From: an uncultured Nitrospira sp. | GTDB lineage: Bacteria > Nitrospirota > Nitrospiria > SBBL01 > JAADHI01 | Length of the DNA: 64,000 nucleotides | Reading direction: 5' to 3' | NCBI GenBank assembly: GCA_964451325.1 | Contig: CAYVHO010000006.1 | Location: forward strand, 49,959-113,958 | Part shown: piece after piece, positions 59,913 to 64,000 of the stretch | How positions within the stretch are numbered: the first letter of the stretch is position 1 | How the letters are laid out: every line of letters starts with the position of its first letter | The notes under the pieces: generated by a model | Databases searched by the model: none | Seen by the model: only the letters and a program-made list of their open reading frames with translations | Told to the model about the DNA's origin: nothing | Made by a program: the position numbers and the translations under genes

Positions 59913-60548
59913 ATGCGTTTTGTTTTTTTAGGGCCTCCTGGGGTAGGCAAAGGGACTCAGGCAGCACGTTTTTCGGAACGCCATAAACTTCCGCATATCG
60001 CGACAGGTGACCTGTTGCGGGCTGCCATCAAAGCTGGAACCTCTGTTGGACTGAAAGCGAAGTCTTTTATTGAAGGTGGGCGTTTGGTTCCTGATGAAGT
60101 GATTATTGAATTGATGAATGATCGTATCCGGGCTTCCGATGCCAAGGCGGGGTATATCTTAGATGGTTTTCCAAGAACGATCACACAGGCAAAGGCGCTT
60201 TCAGACGTTTTGAGTCAAAATGGCGTTGCGCTGGATCGTGTTTTTTATTTTTCTTTGAGTGAGGAGACTCTCATGGAACGCATTGTGGGGCGGAGAACTT
60301 GTCCTGCTTGTCATGCGATTTATCACATCACTCATCACCCCCCCGAAAAAGAGGGCCTTTGTCATTGTGGGGGTGTTTTGTTGCAACGTAAAGATGATGT
60401 CCCTAAGACGGTAGCAGAACGCCTTACGGTTTATAAAAATGAAACGGCGCCATTGATTGCGTATTATAAAAATGAGAACATTTTGACGGAAATTAACGCG
60501 GATCGATCAGTAGACGACATCGCCGAAAACCTCAAACAGCTGGTTTAG
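59913..60548 (+). CDS. adk: Adenylate kinase
   Basis: FLGPPGVGKGTQ P-loop. LID with CPAC..CHCGG. Confidence 0.98.
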   Translation: MRFVFLGPPGVGKGTQAARFSERHKLPHIATGDLLRAAIKAGTSVGLKAKSFIEGGRLVPDEVIIELMNDRIRASDAKAGYILDGFPRTITQAKALSDVLSQNGVALDRVFYFSLSEETLMERIVGRRTCPACHAIYHITHHPPEKEGLCHCGGVLLQRKDDVPKTVAERLTVYKNETAPLIAYYKNENILTEINADRSVDDIAENLKQLV

Positions 60549-60574
60549 TTCTTTATTAAGGATAAGAAACCTTG

Positions 60575-61321
60575 ATGATTATTTTGAAGTCAAAAACTGA
60601 AGTTGAAAAAATGGCAAAAGCCAGTCGCATTGTTGCATCTACGCTTCAGGGCCTCAAAGCCTATGTAAAGCCTGGCATGACGACGCTCATGTTGGATGTT
60701 TTTGCTGAAAAACAGATTGTCGAAGCGGGTGGCATCCCCGCATTTAAGGGATATCGTAACTTTCCCGCGACTTTGTGTGTCTCTGTGAATGAGGAAGTCG
60801 TGCATGGCATTCCCTCGGGCAAAGTGCTGAAGGATGGGGATATTGTCGGCATGGATTTGGGTGTGATTTTGGATGGTTTTTACGGAGATGCGGCCATTAC
60901 GGTGCCTATTGGTGAGGTCGATGAAAAAATTCTTCGTCTGCTTGATGTGACAGAAAAATCGCTTTATGCGGGAATCTCCCAGGGGCTTGCGGGGGGGCGT
61001 TTGTCTGATATTTCCCATGCAGTGCAATCAGCCGTTGAGCCGCAAGGTTATTCTATCGTGACTGATTTTGTGGGGCATGGTATTGGCCGTTCCTTGCATG
61101 AAGAACCTCAAATCCCAAATTTTGGTCCAAAGGGCAAGGGGCCGCGTTTAAAAGAAGGCATGGTGCTGGCCATTGAACCGATGGTTAACATCGGAAAGCC
61201 GGAAGTGGAAGTTTTAGAGGATGGGTGGACGGCTGTTTCGTCTGATCGGAGTTTGTCTGCTCATTTTGAGCATACTGTCGCAATTACAAACAACGGTCCT
61301 GTCATTTTAACTCAGGTCTAG
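60575..61321 (+). CDS. map: Methionine aminopeptidase type I
   Basis: VHGIP, DIVGMDLG, GHGIG, EPM metal-ligand contexts. Confidence 0.97.
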   Translation: MIILKSKTEVEKMAKASRIVASTLQGLKAYVKPGMTTLMLDVFAEKQIVEAGGIPAFKGYRNFPATLCVSVNEEVVHGIPSGKVLKDGDIVGMDLGVILDGFYGDAAITVPIGEVDEKILRLLDVTEKSLYAGISQGLAGGRLSDISHAVQSAVEPQGYSIVTDFVGHGIGRSLHEEPQIPNFGPKGKGPRLKEGMVLAIEPMVNIGKPEVEVLEDGWTAVSSDRSLSAHFEHTVAITNNGPVILTQV

Positions 61322-61359
61322 TTTAGTGTTTAATTTGATTTTGGAGCGTTGATTTTTTA

Positions 61360-61581
61360 GTGGCTAAAGAAGATTCAATTGAAGTTCAAGGGACGATTAT
61401 TGAAACACTGCCAAATGCGCAGTTTCAAGTAGAGCTTGAAAATGGGTATCGCGTATTGGCCCATATTTCAGGTAAGATGCGCATGCACTATATTAAGATA
61501 CTACCAGGAGATAAAGTAACGCTTAAGCTGTCCCCTTATGATTTAACACGGGGACGCATTACATATCGTTTTAGTCGATAA
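61360..61581 (+). CDS. infA: Translation initiation factor IF-1
   Basis: GTG start. [21 protein letters not shown]. Confidence 0.98.
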   Translation: MAKEDSIEVQGTIIETLPNAQFQVELENGYRVLAHISGKMRMHYIKILPGDKVTLKLSPYDLTRGRITYRFSR

Positions 61582-61600
61582 TATTGGGATATGAATTGAT

Positions 61601-61714
61601 ATGAAAGTACGTGCTTCAGTAAAAAATATTTGTGATAAATGCCGGGTTATTCGCAGAAAAGGGATCGTTCGGGTCATCTGCCCAAATCCGCGGCACAAAC
61701 AACGTCAAGGCTAG
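61601..61714 (+). CDS. rpmJ: 50S ribosomal protein L36
   Basis: Not in the ORF track (37 aa). [37 protein letters not shown]. Confidence 0.95.
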   Translation: MKVRASVKNICDKCRVIRRKGIVRVICPNPRHKQRQG

Positions 61715-61732
61715 AGTAGATAAGGAGATCTC

Positions 61733-62104
61733 ATGGCGAGAATTGCAGGGGTTGATTTACCCAGGAAGAAACGGGTCGTGATCGGCCTGACCTACATATT
61801 AGGGATCGGTCGCCCTTCTTCGGAAAAAATTTTAGAAGGAACATCGATTAACCCCAGTACGCGTGTGGAGGATCTCGGGGAAGACGAAATTAATCGTCTT
61901 CGTGAAGTTATTGAGCGAGACTTTAAGGTCGAAGGAGATCTTCGTCGTGAGGTTTCTATGAATATCAAGCGCTTAATGGATATTGGAAGCTATCGTGGCC
62001 TCCGTCATCGTCGAGGACTGCCGGTGAGAGGGCAGCAAACACGGACCAATGCGCGTACACGAAAAGGTCCTAAGAAACAGTCTGTCGGTGGTAGAAAAAA
62101 ATAA
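61733..62104 (+). CDS. rpsM: 30S ribosomal protein S13
   Basis: [15 protein letters not shown]. Confidence 0.99.
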   Translation: MARIAGVDLPRKKRVVIGLTYILGIGRPSSEKILEGTSINPSTRVEDLGEDEINRLREVIERDFKVEGDLRREVSMNIKRLMDIGSYRGLRHRRGLPVRGQQTRTNARTRKGPKKQSVGGRKK

Positions 62105-62148
62105 GCGTGTTTATGATGATTTTAAAAAAATTGAAGGGATTCTAAAAA

Positions 62149-62532
62149 GTGGTGAAGAAGGGGACGAAAAAAAAGGAAAAACGCCGTGTTCAAACGGGAA
62201 TTGCTCATATTCAAGCCTCTTTTAACAATACCCTTGTTACAATTACAGATATGAACGGAAACGTCATTGTTTGGAGTAGTGCTGGAAGTCTTGGTTTTAA
62301 GGGGTCTCGGAAGAGCACACCTTTTGCGGCACAACGTGCTGCCGAGGTTGTTGCGAAAAAGGCGACAGATCAAGGCATGAAACAGGTGGATGTTTATGTC
62401 AAAGGGCCTGGTTCCGGTAGAGAATCTGCAATCCGTGCGATCCAGGCGGCAGGGCTTAAGGTGAATTTGATTAAAGATGTGACCCCGGTACCGCATAATG
62501 GGTGTCGGCCCCCGAAGAAAAGACGGGTGTAA
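62149..62532 (+). CDS. rpsK: 30S ribosomal protein S11
   Basis: [18 protein letters not shown]. Confidence 0.99.
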   Translation: MVKKGTKKKEKRRVQTGIAHIQASFNNTLVTITDMNGNVIVWSSAGSLGFKGSRKSTPFAAQRAAEVVAKKATDQGMKQVDVYVKGPGSGRESAIRAIQAAGLKVNLIKDVTPVPHNGCRPPKKRRV

Positions 62533-62575
62533 TTTATTTTAATCAATAGGATCATCAGATAAACGGAGGTTTTTT

Positions 62576-63202
62576 TTGGCAAGATATACAGGGCCAGCCT
62601 GTCGGCTTTGCCGACGAGAGGGAACAAAATTATTTCTGAAAGGGACGCGTTGCTTTTCAGAAAAATGTGCGATTGATCGGCGTGCTTATCCTCCGGGACA
62701 GCATGGTCAGGTTCGGGCAAGGGTTTCGGAGTACCGGACGCAATTGCGTGAGAAACAAAAACTGAAAAGAATTTACGGTTTGTTGGAACGCCAGTTTCGT
62801 TTGTATTTCTTCAAAGCGGATCGACAGAAAGGTGTGACCGGGGATAATCTTTTGTCTCTCTTGGAATCTCGTCTGGACAACGTGGTTTATCGGCTCGGTT
62901 TTGCTTCGTCTCGCCGACAGAGTCGGATGCTTGTTCGACACAATCATTTTTCGATCAATGGCAAAATAGTAAATATTCCTTCCTATCTTGTGAGTGTAGG
63001 GGAAGTGATTCAGGTGAAAGAAAAGAGCCGTACTTTGCTTCCCGTCTTAAGTGCGCTTGAAGTTTCCGGTGGCCGAGAGCTTCCTGCTTGGCTTTCTTTG
63101 GATATGGCGCAACTCAAAGGGGAAATTACGGCTTTGCCGACCAAAGAAGACACTGCGTTACCTGTGAATGAACAGCTTATTGTTGAGCTTTATTCCAGAT
63201 AA
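62576..63202 (+). CDS. rpsD: 30S ribosomal protein S4
   Basis: TTG start. [16 protein letters not shown]. Confidence 0.99.
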   Translation: MARYTGPACRLCRREGTKLFLKGTRCFSEKCAIDRRAYPPGQHGQVRARVSEYRTQLREKQKLKRIYGLLERQFRLYFFKADRQKGVTGDNLLSLLESRLDNVVYRLGFASSRRQSRMLVRHNHFSINGKIVNIPSYLVSVGEVIQVKEKSRTLLPVLSALEVSGGRELPAWLSLDMAQLKGEITALPTKEDTALPVNEQLIVELYSR

Positions 63203-63265
63203 TTTTGACGGGTGCTGAAAACGGGCAGCCCATCGTGGCGTGTTTCCGCTCATAGGTGAGGGGTT

Positions 63266-64000
63266 ATGAATATTCAGACAATAGATTTACAAATACCAAA
63301 AAAATTAGACATTGACAAGGACACACTTTCGGAAAACTATGGCAAGTTTTTTGCCGAGCCTTTTGAACGTGGTTTTGGTGCAACCATTGGGAATTCTCTG
63401 AGGCGAATTCTTCTTTCATCTATTGCGGGTGCGGCAGTGACGTCCATTAAGATTGAAGGCGTCTTACATGAATTCTCAACTGTTCCTGGTGTGAAAGAGG
63501 ATGTAACCGACATTATCCTCAATATCAAAAATCTGCGTTTAAGATTGCATGGAGACAAACCGAAAGTCATTCGTCTTAAGAAAAAAGGCGCAGGTAAGGT
63601 TTGTGCAAAACACATTGTTTCTGATGCTGATATAGAAGTCCTTGATCCTGACTTGCATATTGCAACTTTAGACAAAGATGGAAAAATCGACATCGAAATG
63701 GTCGTGCAAAAAGGGCGAGGTTATGTCCCCTCTATTCAAAATAAAAATGAGGATATGTCCATCGGTGAGATCCCAATTGATGCTCTTTTTTCACCCATCC
63801 GAAAGGTGAATTTTTCAGTCGAAAATGCCCGGGTTGGACGTGTGACGGATTATGACAAGCTGATCCTTGAGATTTGGACGGATGGTTCTGTTCGGCCGGA
63901 TGATGTTTTGGGTTTTGCCGCTAAGATTTTAAAGGATCATTTGAGTCTTTTTATCAATTTTGAGGAAGCAGAGCAGCCCGTTGAAAAGAAACAAGCCGTT
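63266..64000 (+). CDS. rpoA: RNA polymerase alpha subunit, 3'-truncated by the window edge
   Basis: Not in the ORF track (no stop). ATG 63266. ..FAEPFERGFGATIGNSLRRILLSSIAGAAVTSIKIEGVLHEFS. Confidence 0.97.
   Translation, partial: MNIQTIDLQIPKKLDIDKDTLSENYGKFFAEPFERGFGATIGNSLRRILLSSIAGAAVTSIKIEGVLHEFSTVPGVKEDVTDIILNIKNLRLRLHGDKPKVIRLKKKGAGKVCAKHIVSDADIEVLDPDLHIATLDKDGKIDIEMVVQKGRGYVPSIQNKNEDMSIGEIPIDALFSPIRKVNFSVENARVGRVTDYDKLILEIWTDGSVRPDDVLGFAAKILKDHLSLFINFEEAEQPVEKKQAV

Noticed and set aside
1-64000. A search by eye for CRISPR arrays, rRNA genes, prophage or known defence-system gene sets.
   Set aside because: There are no regularly spaced direct repeats, no rRNA-like segments, and no nuclease/helicase/methylase or phage structural gene clusters. 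Apart from the two TA modules and the IS fragment, nothing defence-like was seen.

Overview
Bacterial chromosomal window from a diderm-type organism. It has an outer-membrane barrel protein, RpoH and sigma54-dependent regulation. TGA is an ordinary stop codon here. About two thirds of the window is core information-processing DNA. The accessory and regulatory parts are 1-12 kb and 23-31 kb.

- 1-1.9 kb: an accessory islet. It holds the 5' end of an IS110-family transposase running off the left edge, a 270-nt structured non-coding leader, a mazEF-like module whose toxin carries an in-frame TGA at a conserved position, and a phd/vapC module.
- 2.0-5.5 kb: a four-gene phosphorelay operon with HPt, a CheY-like receiver, a CheC-type phosphatase and a PAS-HK-REC-HPt hybrid kinase.
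- 6-10.6 kb: purU, then a GAF-type sigma54 activator abutted (TAAATG) to an MBL / class-II-phosphodiesterase-like gene. This pair is divergent from a good -24/-12 sigma54 promoter driving a lone polyprenyl-phosphate sugar transferase.
- 10.7-23.1 kb: csp, rpoH and phoU. Then yceD-rpmF-plsX-fabH-(Y-x6-K enoyl-reductase-like SDR)-fabD-fabG-acpP-fabF-rnc, with nrdR-glyA-rpiB on the other strand.
- 23.2-31.1 kb: a chagasin-like small protein, tRNA-Glu, an acidic protein with a CheZ-like motif, cstA, a HEAT-repeat + HD-GYP pair, ubiE and an OMP.
- 31.3-64 kb: tRNA Thr-Tyr-Gly-Thr, tuf, rpmG, tRNA-Trp, secE-nusG, rplKAJL, rpoBC, rpsLG-fusA, a second tuf, and the S10/spc/alpha operons ending in a truncated rpoA.

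The two tuf copies are identical except for three synonymous differences clustered at the 3' end. I saw no rRNA, CRISPR array, prophage or recognisable defence island. I cannot point to a clearly novel multi-gene system. The most unusual items are the IS110 leader RNA candidate, the sigma54/GAF/phosphodiesterase/glycosyltransferase module, the orphan CheC phosphorelay and the CheZ-motif protein.
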